DNA of 64,000 nucleotides, from the NCBI GenBank assembly GCA_963726965.1, contig CAVSEI010000006.1, positions 268,159 through 332,158 of the forward strand, given 5' to 3'. The position numbers and the translations under genes are program-made. The notes below the pieces were generated by a model, which saw nothing but the letters and a program-made list of their open reading frames with translations, was not told the origin of the DNA and ran no database searches. The DNA is from an uncultured Actinomycetes bacterium. Its GTDB lineage: Bacteria; Actinomycetota; Acidimicrobiia; IMCC26256; DASPTH01. This document shows, piece by piece, positions 1 to 10,158 of this stretch; position 1 is the first letter of the stretch; each line of letters starts with the position of its first letter.

Positions 1-237
1 GTAGATGTTCGGGCACCCCGCTTCTTCGCACACCGTGTGGAGGTCGAGTTGCTGCACGAGGCGCTTGGTCTCGCGGAAGTTGGAGCCGAGATCGGCGCGC
101 ACGCGCATCCATTCCGGCCGGCGCGCACCGGGCGGGTCGACCGACGGGTGGACACCGGCTTCGGCCAACCGGCCGAGGAGGCGAACTGGGGAGTCGCCGG
201 CGATCGCGGCACGCGTGAACGCGCTCAGGTCGCTCAC
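1..237 (-). CDS. lipA: lipoyl synthase LipA, N-terminal fragment (continues beyond window start)
   Basis: Minus-strand translation ...[43 protein letters not shown] matches the conserved LipA N-terminus (RKPEWxK...TVCEEAxCPNI). A candidate GTG start at 237 lies inside a GTGA start/stop-overlap motif. Absent from the ORF track because there is no stop inside the window. Confidence 0.8.
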   Translation of the reverse strand, partial: MSDLSAFTRAAIAGDSPVRLLGRLAEAGVHPSVDPPGARRPEWMRVRADLGSNFRETKRLVQQLDLHTVCEEAGCPNIY

Positions 238-897
238 GTGTTCGCGCCACACGACGTCTTGCCGCTCGACCTCGTCACTCGCGACGCCGAAGTGCGTTGC
301 GAATTCCTCGACGACGGCATCGACGACCGCCCGCATGTCGGGCGCGGTCCCGAGCTGCTCGGCCATTGACGTCACGCCGCGGTCGCGGATCCCGCACGGA
401 ACGATGTGGTCGAACATCGTGAGCTCGGGATCGACGTTGAGCGCGAATCCGTGCCGGGTTCGTCCCCGCGCCACCTTCACCCCGATCGCGGCGATCTTCT
501 CGTCGCCGACCCAGACGCCGGTGAAGCGCGGCTCGCGGTGCGCCAGGATGCCGAACGCCGCGAGCACCGAGATCAAGGTGTCCTCGAGCCTCCGCACGTA
601 GGCAACGACGTCACGCTGACCGTCGCGCCACTCGGGGAGCGTGACGATCGGATACCCGACGAGCTGGCCCGGGCCGTGGTAGGTCACATCCCCGCCCCGA
701 TCGGCCGTCACCAGATCGGCGCCGACCACGACCGGTGCCACCAGCACGTGCGCCGGATCTGCAGTCGTACCGAGGGTGTAGACGTGCGGGTGTTCGAGGA
801 GCAGCAGGTAGTCGTCGACGGCGCGATCGTGCAGCGCACGCTGGAGCTGGTCGGCTTCCCCGAAAGGAACCCGACCGAGCCAGCGCGTCCGGAGCAT
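238..897 (-). CDS. lipB: lipoyl(octanoyl) transferase LipB (reads through in frame into lipA as sequenced)
   Basis: The ATG at 897 overlaps the sucB stop (TGATG). Translation [15 protein letters not shown]...[18 protein letters not shown]...[22 protein letters not shown] carries the octanoyltransferase hallmark motifs. There is no stop codon before the LipA-like sequence. Confidence 0.85.
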
Positions 898-2382
898 CAG
901 TCGAGCTCGTCTTCCCAGTTGTGCTGCTCGAGCATCGTCCGCATCGCCCGGAGGAACGCGGCCGCGTACGCACCGTCGAACGCTCGGTGGTCCCACGTGA
1001 GCACCAGCAAGCCGGTGTGATGGATGGCGATGGTGTCGTCGCCGTCCGGCCCGGTCACGACGACTGGCCGCTTCTTGATTCCGTCGGTCGACAGGATCGC
1101 CACTTGCGGTTGGTTGATGATCGCCATGGTCGCGTAGGTTCCGAACGGACCCGGGTTGGTGATCGTGAAGGTGCCGCCCAGGACATCGTCCGGGACCAAC
1201 TGCTTGCTGCGGGCACGCGCGGCGAGATCGTGCACCTCGTGCGCGATCGAACGCAGGCGCTTGCCGTCGGCATCGCGGATCACGGGCGCGACCAGCCCGT
1301 TGAAGTCGAGGTCGACGGCAATCGAGAGGTTGACGTCGTGGTGGACGACGAGCGCGTCGTCGCCGATGCTTGCGTTGACCCGCGGGAACTCCCGCAGGGT
1401 GTCGCAGAGCGCGCGCGCCACGAAGGGCAGGTAGGTGAGCGTGAACCCCTCCGTCGCCTTCCACTGACCCTGCCGTGCCGAACGCACGCGCTCGACCCGC
1501 TCGTAGTCGACCTCGATCGAGGTGGCGACGTGCGCACTCGTCGCCTTCGACCGGACCATGTGCTCCGCGGTGCGCCGCCGGATGTTGTCGAACGGGATGA
1601 TCTCGTCGCGCGCGGCCGGCACGACCGCCCCAACCAGTGCGGGCGCGGCTCGAGGTTCGGGCTCGGTTGCTACGACCGGCTCGGGCGTGGGCGGGGGCGG
1701 GGTCGGCGCGAACACCACCGCAGGCTCGGGTTCCGCGACGGGTTCCGCGACGGGTTCCGCGACGGGTTCCGGGACGGGTGCCGGGGCGGTCGGCACCGCG
1801 GTCCTGGGGGTACGCGCGGCAGCGTCGAGGACGTCCTTCCGCGCGATGCGCCCACCGGGACCGCTGCCTTCGATCGCGCTGGCGTCGAGCCCACGTTCGG
1901 CCACCAGTCGTCTGACGATGGGCGACGTGAGCGGCGTGTCCACCTCGACCGTGTCCGACGCCGGTTGCGAGATGGTCGTCGGAACCGGAGGCGGAGCGAA
2001 CACCACCGGTGCGGCGGGCGCGGGCACGGTCGGCTCCGGTGCAATCGGCTCCGGTGCACTCGGCTCCGGCGCGGCGACGACCGGGGCGACGAAACCGGCG
2101 GGGCGACGACCGGGCGGCGGGCGCGGGAGGCGCGACCGGTGGCGCGCTCGGCGCGTCACCCACCACCGCGAGGCGGGTCCCGACCTCCACGGTCTCGCCC
2201 TCGGTCACCAGGATCTCCGTGACCACACCGGCAACGGGCGCGGGCACCTCCGAGTCGACCTTGTCCGTGGAGACCTCGAACAACGGTTCGTCGGCGTCGA
2301 CGTGCTCACCCACCTGCTTGAGCCAGCGCGTGATGGTGCCTTCCGTGACCGTCTCCCCGAGCTGGGGCATCGTCACGTCCAC
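897..2382 (-). pseudogene. sucB: 2-oxoacid dehydrogenase E2 (dihydrolipoamide acyltransferase), one frame break between lipoyl domain and linker
   Basis: Lipoyl domain [52 protein letters not shown] reads from GTG 2382 (GAGGAG RBS 6 nt upstream) in one frame. The Pro/Ala linkers, PSBD ([27 protein letters not shown]) and catalytic domain (DHRAFDG) lie in track ORF 897..2159. The frame change is around 2095-2160. Confidence 0.9.
1728..1775. repeat. 12-bp tandem repeat x4 (gggttccgcgac) inside the sucB linker
   Basis: Direct reading gives three perfect copies plus one copy with a single mismatch. It encodes the (VAEP)n part of [18 protein letters not shown]. Confidence 0.9.
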
Positions 2383-2430
2383 TGGGTACTCCTCGGGTCC
2401 GGACCGGTCAGGATCATGAATGCACGAACA

Positions 2431-3843
2431 TCAATGGAGTGGGCGGCCGGTGATCGCCAGTGCCGCGTCGCCGAACGCCTCGCTCAGTGTCGGGTGGGGA
2501 TGGATCAGCGCGGCGATGTCCGCGGCATTCGCCTCCCAGTTCACACTGAGGTAGCCCTCGCCCAGCAGCTCGGTCGCCCACGGTCCCGCGAGATGCACCC
2601 CGAGCAACACCCCGTCGGCGTCGGCGACCAGCTTCACCAGCCCTTCGGCTTCGCCCAGGATCATGGCCCGGGCGTAGCTCGCGAACCGGCGGGTCGTGAC
2701 CGTGACCTCGTGCCCTTGGTCCCGCGCCTCTTCCTCGGTGAGCCCGCACCACGCGACCTCAGGTTGCGAGTAGACGACCCACGCGATCTTCGCGTAGTCG
2801 ACGGGCGTGACCGGCTCGTCGAGGATCGTCTTCACGATGACGATCGCCTCCGCGAACCCCACGTGGGCGAGCTGCGGTGTGTCGACGACGTCGCCGGCCG
2901 CGAACACGCCGGGAACGTTGGTCCGGAGCTGCTCGTCGACGACGATGAACCCACGGTCGTCGACCTCGACGCTCGATGCTTCGAGCCCGAATCCGCCGCT
3001 GCGCGGCGCGCGGCCCACGCTCACGATGATCTTGTCGACCACGACCGACTGTTCACCGGCTTCGGTCTCCCACGTGACGGTCAGTTCGCGCGAACCCTCG
3101 ATGCCGGTCACCCGTGCAGAGGTCTGCACGTTGACGCCCCGCTTCTTGAAGCTACGCGCCACGACCGTTCCCGCGTCGACGTCGGTGGGCGCAAGGATTC
3201 GCGGCAACGCCTCCAACACGGTGACGTTGCTCCCCATGTCGACGAGCATCGAAGCGAACTCGACGCCGATGACGCCGCCCCCGATGATGACGACCCGCGG
3301 CGGGAGCTCGGTGAGCTCGAGCACGTGATCGGAGGAGAGCACGCGCGTTCCGTCGAAGTCGAGGCCAGGCAGTGAGCGCGGGTACGACCCGGTCGCCACC
3401 ACGAGATTGGCGCCCTGCACCTCCGTTCCGTCCGGGAGGCGGACGAGATGCCCGGCGGCGTCGACAACCTCACCCCGAGCGTTGAACACGGTGACGTGTC
3501 GACCCTTCAGCAACGACTCGAGACCCTTGGTCAGACGGTCGACGACTTCCTGCTTGCGCGCTTGCGAGCGCGCAAGATCGAGGGTGGGTACCCCCGCGTC
3601 GATGCCGAAGTCGGGCGCGTGCTCGATGGCGCGCAACACTTCGGCGGTCTGGAGGAGCTCCTTGGCCGGGATGCACCCGCGGTGCAGGCAGGTGCCCCCG
3701 ACCCGTTCTTCCTCGACGAGAGCGACGTTCAGCCCCGCCGCGGCTCCATAGAGCGCGGTCGCGTAGCCGGCCGGCCCGCCGCCGAGAACCACGATGTCGA
3801 ATTGCTCGGCCAGGACGGCCACCTCCCCGACCCGGCGCACCAC
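2431..3843 (-). CDS. lpdA: dihydrolipoyl dehydrogenase (E3)
   Basis: Intact 470-aa track ORF with FDIVVLGGGPAGY (FAD Rossmann), redox-active GGTCLHRGCIPAK and a C-terminal HPHPTLSE dimerisation motif. The true start may be an internal GTG a few codons in. Confidence 0.95.
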   Translation of the reverse strand: MVRRVGEVAVLAEQFDIVVLGGGPAGYATALYGAAAGLNVALVEEERVGGTCLHRGCIPAKELLQTAEVLRAIEHAPDFGIDAGVPTLDLARSQARKQEVVDRLTKGLESLLKGRHVTVFNARGEVVDAAGHLVRLPDGTEVQGANLVVATGSYPRSLPGLDFDGTRVLSSDHVLELTELPPRVVIIGGGVIGVEFASMLVDMGSNVTVLEALPRILAPTDVDAGTVVARSFKKRGVNVQTSARVTGIEGSRELTVTWETEAGEQSVVVDKIIVSVGRAPRSGGFGLEASSVEVDDRGFIVVDEQLRTNVPGVFAAGDVVDTPQLAHVGFAEAIVIVKTILDEPVTPVDYAKIAWVVYSQPEVAWCGLTEEEARDQGHEVTVTTRRFASYARAMILGEAEGLVKLVADADGVLLGVHLAGPWATELLGEGYLSVNWEANAADIAALIHPHPTLSEAFGDAALAITGRPLH

Positions 3844-3969
3844 GGCACCGGCCAGTTGTCACGATCGAACCCTGTCATTCTTTCAGGCCGGCACCCAGAG
3901 TCGTTGATTCCGGCCCCCGGAGTAGGTCGGCCCCCATGATGCCCACCTTGACGCTCATCACGGTTGCGG

Positions 3970-4059
3970 TCAGCGAGCGAGGAGGATCTGCACCGCGCCC
4001 GCGGCGAGGATCGCCACCCCGGTGATCGCCGCCAGGATCAACAGCGCCCGGGTGCTCAT
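3970..4059 (-). CDS. candidate 29-aa single-TM micro-protein
   Basis: Internal ATG of track ORF 3970..4236 gives MSTRALLILAAITGVAILAAGAVQILLAR, preceded by GAGGA about 7 nt upstream. It lies in the gap between lpdA and the flippase gene. There is no homology evidence. Confidence 0.3.
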   Translation of the reverse strand: MSTRALLILAAITGVAILAAGAVQILLAR

Positions 4060-4218
4060 CCTTCCATCCTCGCATCCTCGCGCCGGTCGGCGACGATCCG
4101 GGTACCCGGTCGCCTGGGGTGCCACCGATATGCTGATTCGCCGGCCGCCCGCCGCACCCTGGCCCTCTCGCAGCGGGTCCCTCAGCCCTCCCGCTCGAGC
4201 ACAATCCCCGAGACGAGC

Positions 4219-5566
4219 ATGTCGCAGCGCGCACAACGCCTCATCGAAGCTGCTCGCAAGCTGCCCGTCCCCGAGGGCACCTATGCCGTCGGCCTCGGCC
4301 TCCTGATCTCCGGGATCACCGCGTACGGCTTCCAGATCCTCGCGTTCAAGGGTCTCAGCAAGTCCGAGTACGCGGCCCTGAACGGCCTCTGGATTCTCGT
4401 CTTCGTGGTCGCGCCCGGCTTCTTCCTCCCACTCGAGCAGGAGGTCGGACGCGCGGTCGCCGATCGTCGCTCCCGCTCCCTCGGCGGTGGGCCCGTCGTC
4501 AAGAAGGCCGCGCGAGCCGGGGCGGTCCTTGCCGGGTCACTGATGGTCCTGTCGGTCATCGGCGCGGTCGCGTTCGGTTTCACCGACCGCTTGTTCCACG
4601 GGCAGGAGGTCCTCCTCGTCTGCTTCGTCATCGCGCTCGGTACCTACGCCGTCCAACACATCACCCGCGGCACCCTCTCCGGGAACGGGCGATTCGGGCC
4701 GTACGGCATGATCCTCGGCGCGGAAGGCGTGTTCCGCATCCTTCCCGTGATCGTCGTCTACGCCGCGGGGATCGACAACCTCCTCTGGTACGGGCTCGCG
4801 TTGGCGATCCCGCCGCTCCTCGCCAGCCTGGTCGCGGTTCGGGGTCAGCACGGACTGCTCGCGCCCGGACCCGACGCCGAGTGGTCCGAGCTCTCGACCA
4901 ACCTCACGCTGTTGTTTCTCGGCTCGCTCGCCGCGCAGACGCTGAGCTATGCCGCCGCCCTCGGGGTGATCGTGCTCGCGCAGGGCAAACACGAGCGCAA
5001 GGAAGCCGCCGACTTCATCGTCGGATTCTTCATTGCCCGCATCCCGATCCTGCTGTTCCAAGCCATCCAGGCTGCGCTGCTGCCGAAGCTCGCCGCGCTC
5101 TCGGGCGCGGGCAAGTACGACGACTTCCGCTCGGGACTCAAGAAATTGGTGATGATCGTCGTCGGCGTCGGTGTCCTCGGGATCGTCGCCGGTGCCACCA
5201 TCGGGCCCATCGTCGGCCAGATCCTCTTCGGCGACAAGTTCAACCTCAGCAACCAGGACCTCACCTTGCTGTTCGTCGGCAGCGCCGCGTTCATCCTCGC
5301 CCTCACGCTCGCCCAGGCCCTCATCGCGCTGCTCGGCCACGGTCGCGCGCTGATCGCCTGGACCGTCGGCCTGGTGCTCTGTCATCACGGTCATGAGCTT
5401 CGGGAGCCACGACCTCTTCCTGCGAGCCGAGCTCGGCTACCTGGCCGGATGCCTGGCCGCAGCGTTGATGATGGGGATCTTCCTGCTGACCCGCCTCCGT
5501 TCGGCGACACCCGAGAGCTTGAGCCTCCTCGTCGAGGCCATCGAGCACGAACCGCTCGAGATCTAG
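4219..5566 (+). pseudogene. MOP-superfamily (Wzx-like) polysaccharide/oligosaccharide flippase, one frame break near 5375
   Basis: MSQRAQRLIEAARKLPV... is followed by about 12-14 hydrophobic helices in track ORF 3964..6291. The C-terminus continues in the +1 frame (SVITVMSFGSHDLFLRAELGYLAGCLAAALMMGIFLL...EHEPLEI, TAG at 5564-5566). Confidence 0.65.
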
Positions 5567-5583
5567 CGGGCGTCGTCACCGCG

Positions 5584-6484
5584 ATGAGAGCGCTCGTGAC
5601 CGGTGGGGCCGGCTTCGTCGCTCGTCACCTGACCGCGCACCTCGAAACGATGGGCGTCGACGTCGTGACCGTCGATCGCGTCGGCCCCAGGCCGGTCGAC
5701 ATCACCGACACGCACGCGGTGACGCGCGCGATCACCGACGCGTCACCCGATGTCGTCTACCACCTCGCGGCGCGCAGCCACGTCGGACAGTCGTGGAGCG
5801 ACCGAGACCTGCTCTTCCGGGTGAACGTCGACGGCACGCGCCACGTGCTCGATGCCTGCAGCGAGTTTCGGGTCGGCCGGGTACTCATCGTGGGGAGCGC
5901 CGAACAATACGGCGCGGTCGAACCTCGCGATCTTCCTCTTCGCGAGACGACACCCTTCCGGCCACTGACGCCGTACGGCGAGAGCAAGGCCGCAGCCGAG
6001 GCCCTCGCCTTCGCTGCGTTTCGCGATCACGGCCTGCCCGCCGTGTGCGTCGCGCGCGTTCAACCACACCGGACCGGGCCAATCGGCCAGCTTCCTCGTG
6101 CCGGGAGTGGCCGCTCGCATCGTCGCGGCGGAACGCGACGGCACCGACGAGATCACGCTCGGCAACGTCGAACCGGTCCGCGACTTCAGCGATGTGCGCG
6201 ACGTCGTACGCGCCTACGCACTCCTCGCGGTCGACGGCGAGCCCGGCGAGGCGTACAACGTGTGCTCGGGTCGGGGGGTGCGCATCGGTGATCTCGCCGC
6301 CGAGCTGCTCGCCCATTCGACCCGCCGTCTGCGGATCGTCGCGTCGCCCGAGCTCGCCCGTTCGGTCGACGTACCCGTGCTGATCGGCGACCCGGGAAAA
6401 CTCGTCGCCGCCACCGGGTGGCAGCCCGAGTACAGCCTCGCCGACACGCTCAACGCGGTGCTCGAGGAGGCGCGGCGCGCCTGA
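5584..6484 (+). pseudogene. NAD-dependent epimerase/dehydratase (SDR; GDP-sugar dehydratase/reductase-like), one frame break near 6055
   Basis: MRALVTGGAGFVARHL (Rossmann) and TPYGESKAAAE (YxxxK). The sequence continues in ORF 6098..6484 (FNHTGPGQSASFLVPGVAARIV...). The break lies in a gcgcgcg run. Confidence 0.85.
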
Positions 6485-6494
6485 AGTGTCCGAC

Positions 6495-7263
6495 TCAGCG
6501 GTCGACGTCGGCGCCCTCGGGCACTTGCCGGGCCAGCCAACCGAGCAGAGTGGCGATGGCTCGCGGGTCGTGTCGCAAACGGTGACCAGCACCGTGCACC
6601 AGGCGCAGCTCGGAGCCCGGCCTGCCGGCATCGACGAGCGCGCGGGCGTCGTCGACGGGTACTTCGGCGTCGTCGACGCCGTGCAGCACCAGCAGCGGGC
6701 GACCCCCGAAGCGCGCCGCGGCCGCGACGGCGTCGATCCGACCGATGTCGCGTACCCAGCCCGTCGCGTCGGTCGGGAAGCCCGCGGTGCGGATCATCCC
6801 CATCGAGCGCCGCGTGCACGAGGAGACGACCGGGATCCTGCGCCCAGTCGCGCAGTGTGCTCGGCGCGGCGATCGTGGCGACCCCTCTGACGAGTTCGTC
6901 GTCGACCGCTTCACACAGTGCGAAGGTGCCACCGTGGCCGAAGCCGGCGATCCACACGCCGCGCACGTCGTCGCGCGCGGCGAGCGTACGCACCGCGCTG
7001 CGGAGATCGTCGAGCCAACCTTGCGCCGAGAAGTCACCGTCGGACGTGCCGGTCCCGCGAAAATTGAACGTCAGCACGACCCAGCCCGCTTCGGCGGCGA
7101 TGCGGTCGGCGAGATCGGGATACGTCGTGCCGACGGTGGCGGCACCACGAGGTGGGTTGGGCAGCCCGTGGCACAGCACCAGGCCGAAGCCGGGTCCCGG
7201 CGTGGTCGGTCGGGCCACGTGGGCCGACAATCGCAATGCACCCGACAGGATGGTCTCGTCCAT
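6495..7263 (-). pseudogene. alpha/beta-fold hydrolase-like protein, one frame break near 6800
   Basis: Track ORFs 6214..7263 (LVLCHG, FNFRGTGTSDG, nucleophile elbow) and 6495..7037 (PLLVLHGVDDAEVP, HGAGHRL) join into one fold. The elbow reads AGFGHGG, with Gly where Ser is expected. Confidence 0.75.
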
Positions 7264-7283
7264 GGCCCACCTATTGTGGACAC

Positions 7284-7892
7284 ATGGACCGAACCCCGAG
7301 GAATTCGTCCCCGAAGAATTGGGCGTTCAAGGAATGGGCCGTCATCGTGCACGCGCTGCTCGAGGGCGAGCAGATCCTCGACGTGCGCAAGGGCGGCATT
7401 CGCGAAGACGGTCGGCATTTCTCGCTGCAGTCGACGCGCCTCTGGCTCTACCCCACCGCCGAACACCAGAAGGCCGAACTGCTCAAGGAGCCCTACCGGC
7501 ACTGGATCGACCTGGCGCACGCCGCGCCGGTCGGTGAACCGGTCACGATCGAGGGCTGGGCCGACGTCGTACGCGCCGCCACCATCTCCGAGCCCGACGA
7601 GTTGGCCGCGATCGAATCCAAGCTCATCTGGACGTCGGCATACGCCGAGTCCCGACTCGGATGGAAGCGACGCGATCCACTGTGGGTCCTCGCCCTGCGA
7701 GTCCACCGGCTGCTCGAGCCGCTCACGATTCCCTGGACCGACGCGTACGGCGGGTGCACGTCGTGGGTCGAGCTCGACGGCGTGGTCGCCGATCCATCGT
7801 CGCTCCCGAGCGAGCCTGCACTCTCCGACGTCGCGTTCGAAGCGCGACTGAAGGGCTCAGTCGAAGCGCTGCCGAGCCTGACCGAAGTCTGA
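7284..7892 (+). CDS. DUF1802-family protein
   Basis: Internal ATG of ORF 7152..7892. The sequence WAFKEWAVIVHALLEGEQILDVRKGGIRE... matches what I remember of DUF1802. Intact. Confidence 0.6.
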   Translation: MDRTPRNSSPKNWAFKEWAVIVHALLEGEQILDVRKGGIREDGRHFSLQSTRLWLYPTAEHQKAELLKEPYRHWIDLAHAAPVGEPVTIEGWADVVRAATISEPDELAAIESKLIWTSAYAESRLGWKRRDPLWVLALRVHRLLEPLTIPWTDAYGGCTSWVELDGVVADPSSLPSEPALSDVAFEARLKGSVEALPSLTEV

Positions 7893-7894
7893 GC

Positions 7895-8125
7895 TCACTC
7901 GGGGTCGGTGGACCGAGCCGACGCGTGCGGCCGGTAGCCCCGGTTCCTCGCCTCCGCCAACGTGTCGGGCGAGAACGCGGCGAATTGTTGCGATGCGAGG
8001 AGCTCGGCGATCAGTTCGGCCGCGGCCGCGTCGTCGGTGTCGAGGTCGTAGACCACCTGACGTCGCTTGTCACCGAGGTAACGGAACTCTTCGAAACGCG
8101 TCGGCCGACTCATCGAAGACGACAC
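7895..8125 (-). CDS. hypothetical small protein (76 aa)
   Basis: Track ORF with non-shadow-like composition (FEEFRYLGDKRRQVVYDLDTDD). It fits exactly into a gap between neighbours. No family recognised. Confidence 0.5.
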   Translation of the reverse strand: MSSSMSRPTRFEEFRYLGDKRRQVVYDLDTDDAAAAELIAELLASQQFAAFSPDTLAEARNRGYRPHASARSTDPE

Positions 8126-8130
8126 TACGC

Positions 8131-8157
8131 GCGAACGGCGCGAACGGCGCGAACGGA
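8131..8157. repeat. 9-bp tandem repeat x3 (gcgaacggc)
   Basis: Direct reading. The third copy runs into the left arm of the adjacent hairpin. Confidence 0.85.
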
Positions 8158-8180
8158 GGGCGCCGAAGCGCCCTCCGTTC
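8151..8180. terminator. perfect 13-bp stem / 4-nt loop hairpin (GAACGGAGGGCGC-cgaa-GCGCCCTCCGTTC)
   Basis: Seen directly. It lies about 130 nt downstream of the minus-strand gene 8312..8866 and 26 nt upstream of the start of 7895..8125. No U-tract on either strand, so terminator function is an inference. Confidence 0.5.
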
Positions 8181-8311
8181 AGATTGCGTCAGAACATTGC
8201 TGGAAAGAACCACCGGACGGATTTTGCAGGCGGGACCACTTCCTGCCCGTCGTGGTGGCGGCGCGGCGGTTGGATTCCGCCAGGCAGTCCTCCTTGGTTG
8301 ACGTGGCTGCC

Positions 8312-8866
8312 TCAGCGGCCGCGCACCTCCAGGGTCCCGGGTTGATCATGCATCGTGTGGACCACCTCCTTTCTCTGGTACCGAAACTTGTACCACGCGA
8401 AGGGGTCACTGCGGGGGAAATTCTTCCCCGGATCGGGGTCGCTGGTCGCGGGAGGCCCGACCGCACCGATGGCGCGGAGGTAGCTGAGCTGGGTTTCGAT
8501 CACGCCGTAGACCTGTTCGGGGAGGTACGCCTCGCCGGTGGCCGCACAGCGTTCGAGGATGTAGTCGACCGTTTCCGAACCGCCGATCACTACGGTGCCC
8601 GGCGGGTACGCGGTCGACCCGTTCGACGACACGCCCTTGCGCTTGAAGAACTCGACCTGGAACTCGAGGATCCGCCGCACGTCGTCCGGCGTGAGCGTGG
8701 CCGCGATGTCGTCGGGCACGTGTTCGACCACCCACTGGAGTGCGTCGTCGAGGTGGTACAACGCCGGTGGCGGGCGCCGAGCGATACGGGTCGCTTCCCG
8801 CGTCACCAAGAACGCCGCGATCGCGATCACCATTCCGACGACCAGAAATCCGACGACGACCTCCAC
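8312..8866 (-). CDS. hypothetical N-terminally membrane-anchored protein (184 aa)
   Basis: Intact track ORF with one N-terminal TM helix (MEVVVGFLVVGMVIAIAAFLV) and then a soluble domain. No family recognised. Confidence 0.55.
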   Translation of the reverse strand: MEVVVGFLVVGMVIAIAAFLVTREATRIARRPPPALYHLDDALQWVVEHVPDDIAATLTPDDVRRILEFQVEFFKRKGVSSNGSTAYPPGTVVIGGSETVDYILERCAATGEAYLPEQVYGVIETQLSYLRAIGAVGPPATSDPDPGKNFPRSDPFAWYKFRYQRKEVVHTMHDQPGTLEVRGR

Positions 8867-8920
8867 GGACCCGAAGTTAGGCGGAGGACGCGGCGACCAG
8901 GGAGGCGGGACGAGCTACGG

Positions 8921-10051
8921 CTAGATCCCGATGCGTTGCGCGAGCAACTCGCGGTGGTACGTCGTGTCGCCGAACAGGATCTCGCTGCTCTTCGCGCGCT
9001 TGAAGTAGAGATGGGCATCGTGCTCCCACGTGAAGCCGATACCACCGTGGATCTGGATGTTCTCGGCCGCGGCGTGGAAGTACGCGTCGGAGCAGTACGC
9101 CTTGGCCAGGCTGGCGGCAACCGGGAGCTCGTCGTTGTCTTCCGCGGCTGCCCACGCCGCGTAGTAGGCGGCCGACTTGCCCGACTCGACCTCGAGGAGC
9201 ATGTCCGCGGACTTGTGCTTGATCGCCTGGAACGAACCGATCGGACGACCGAACTGCACCCGCACCTTGGCGTACTCGACCGACATGTCGAGCACCTTCT
9301 GTGCGCCGCCGACCATCTCGTTCGCCGATGCAACCGCAGCCTGGTCCAGCGTCTTGGAGAGCGCGGGCCACGCCGAGCCGGGCGCGCCGAGCGGTGTGGC
9401 CGCAACACCGGAAAACTCGAGCTTGGCCTGCTTGCGAGTCTGGTCCATGGTGGCGAGCGGGGTGCGGGTCAGACCGCTGGCGTCCGCATCGACGGTGAAC
9501 AGCGAGATGCCATCTTCCCCGCTCGTGCCGGCGAGGCGCGCCGCGACGACGATGAGGTTGGCGGTGTGACCGTCGATGACGAACATCTTGGTGCCGTCGA
9601 GCGTGTAGCTGTCGCCCGAACCGCTGGCGACCATCTCGATCCCCGACGCGTCCCACTTGCCATTGGGCTCAGTGAACGCGAGCGCGGCGATGGTCTCACC
9701 CGACGCGATACCGGGCAGCAGTTTCCCCTGCTGCTCGGACGTCCCCGCGTTCATGATCGCGTCGGCCGCGAGCACGACCGTGGAGAAGTACGGGGCACAG
9801 AGCAGTACTCGACCCATCTCCTCGAGCACGATGCCGAGCTCCACGAACGTGAATCCCTGGCCGCCGTGCTCCTCGGGAATGTGCAGGCTCTGGAGGCCGA
9901 GCTCGTTCGCCATCTGGCTCCAGACCGCAGGGTCGTAGCCGTCCGTGGTCTCCATCAGCCGACGGACCTCCGTCGACGGCGACTTCGTCTCGAGGAAACG
10001 TCGGACGGCGTCGCGCAGCTGCTCCTGCTCGTCGGAGAAGGCGAAGTTCAC
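8921..10051 (-). CDS. acyl-CoA dehydrogenase
   Basis: The GTG at 10051 gives VNFAFSDEQEQLRDAVRRF... It continues through ...GGAQKVLDMSVEYAKVRVQFGRPIGSFQAIKH... to ...IQIHGGIGFTWEHDAHLYFKRA, a typical ACAD C-terminal domain. Uninterrupted. Confidence 0.9.
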   Translation of the reverse strand: MNFAFSDEQEQLRDAVRRFLETKSPSTEVRRLMETTDGYDPAVWSQMANELGLQSLHIPEEHGGQGFTFVELGIVLEEMGRVLLCAPYFSTVVLAADAIMNAGTSEQQGKLLPGIASGETIAALAFTEPNGKWDASGIEMVASGSGDSYTLDGTKMFVIDGHTANLIVVAARLAGTSGEDGISLFTVDADASGLTRTPLATMDQTRKQAKLEFSGVAATPLGAPGSAWPALSKTLDQAAVASANEMVGGAQKVLDMSVEYAKVRVQFGRPIGSFQAIKHKSADMLLEVESGKSAAYYAAWAAAEDNDELPVAASLAKAYCSDAYFHAAAENIQIHGGIGFTWEHDAHLYFKRAKSSEILFGDTTYHRELLAQRIGI

Positions 10052-10158
10052 GGTCGGGCCCCCGGTGGTGTCGGCGCACTCGGTCTGAGTGCCGCGAACG
10101 CTACCGGACGACGACCGCGCCCGGCCAGGCCAGGGGGCGTGCCGGATAGCCTGGTTGC

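Noticed and set aside
735-2222. 495-aa plus-strand track ORF opposite sucB
   Set aside because: It is an Arg/Gly/Pro/Asp-rich shadow ORF antisense to a gene with clear E2 motifs, a typical high-GC artefact.
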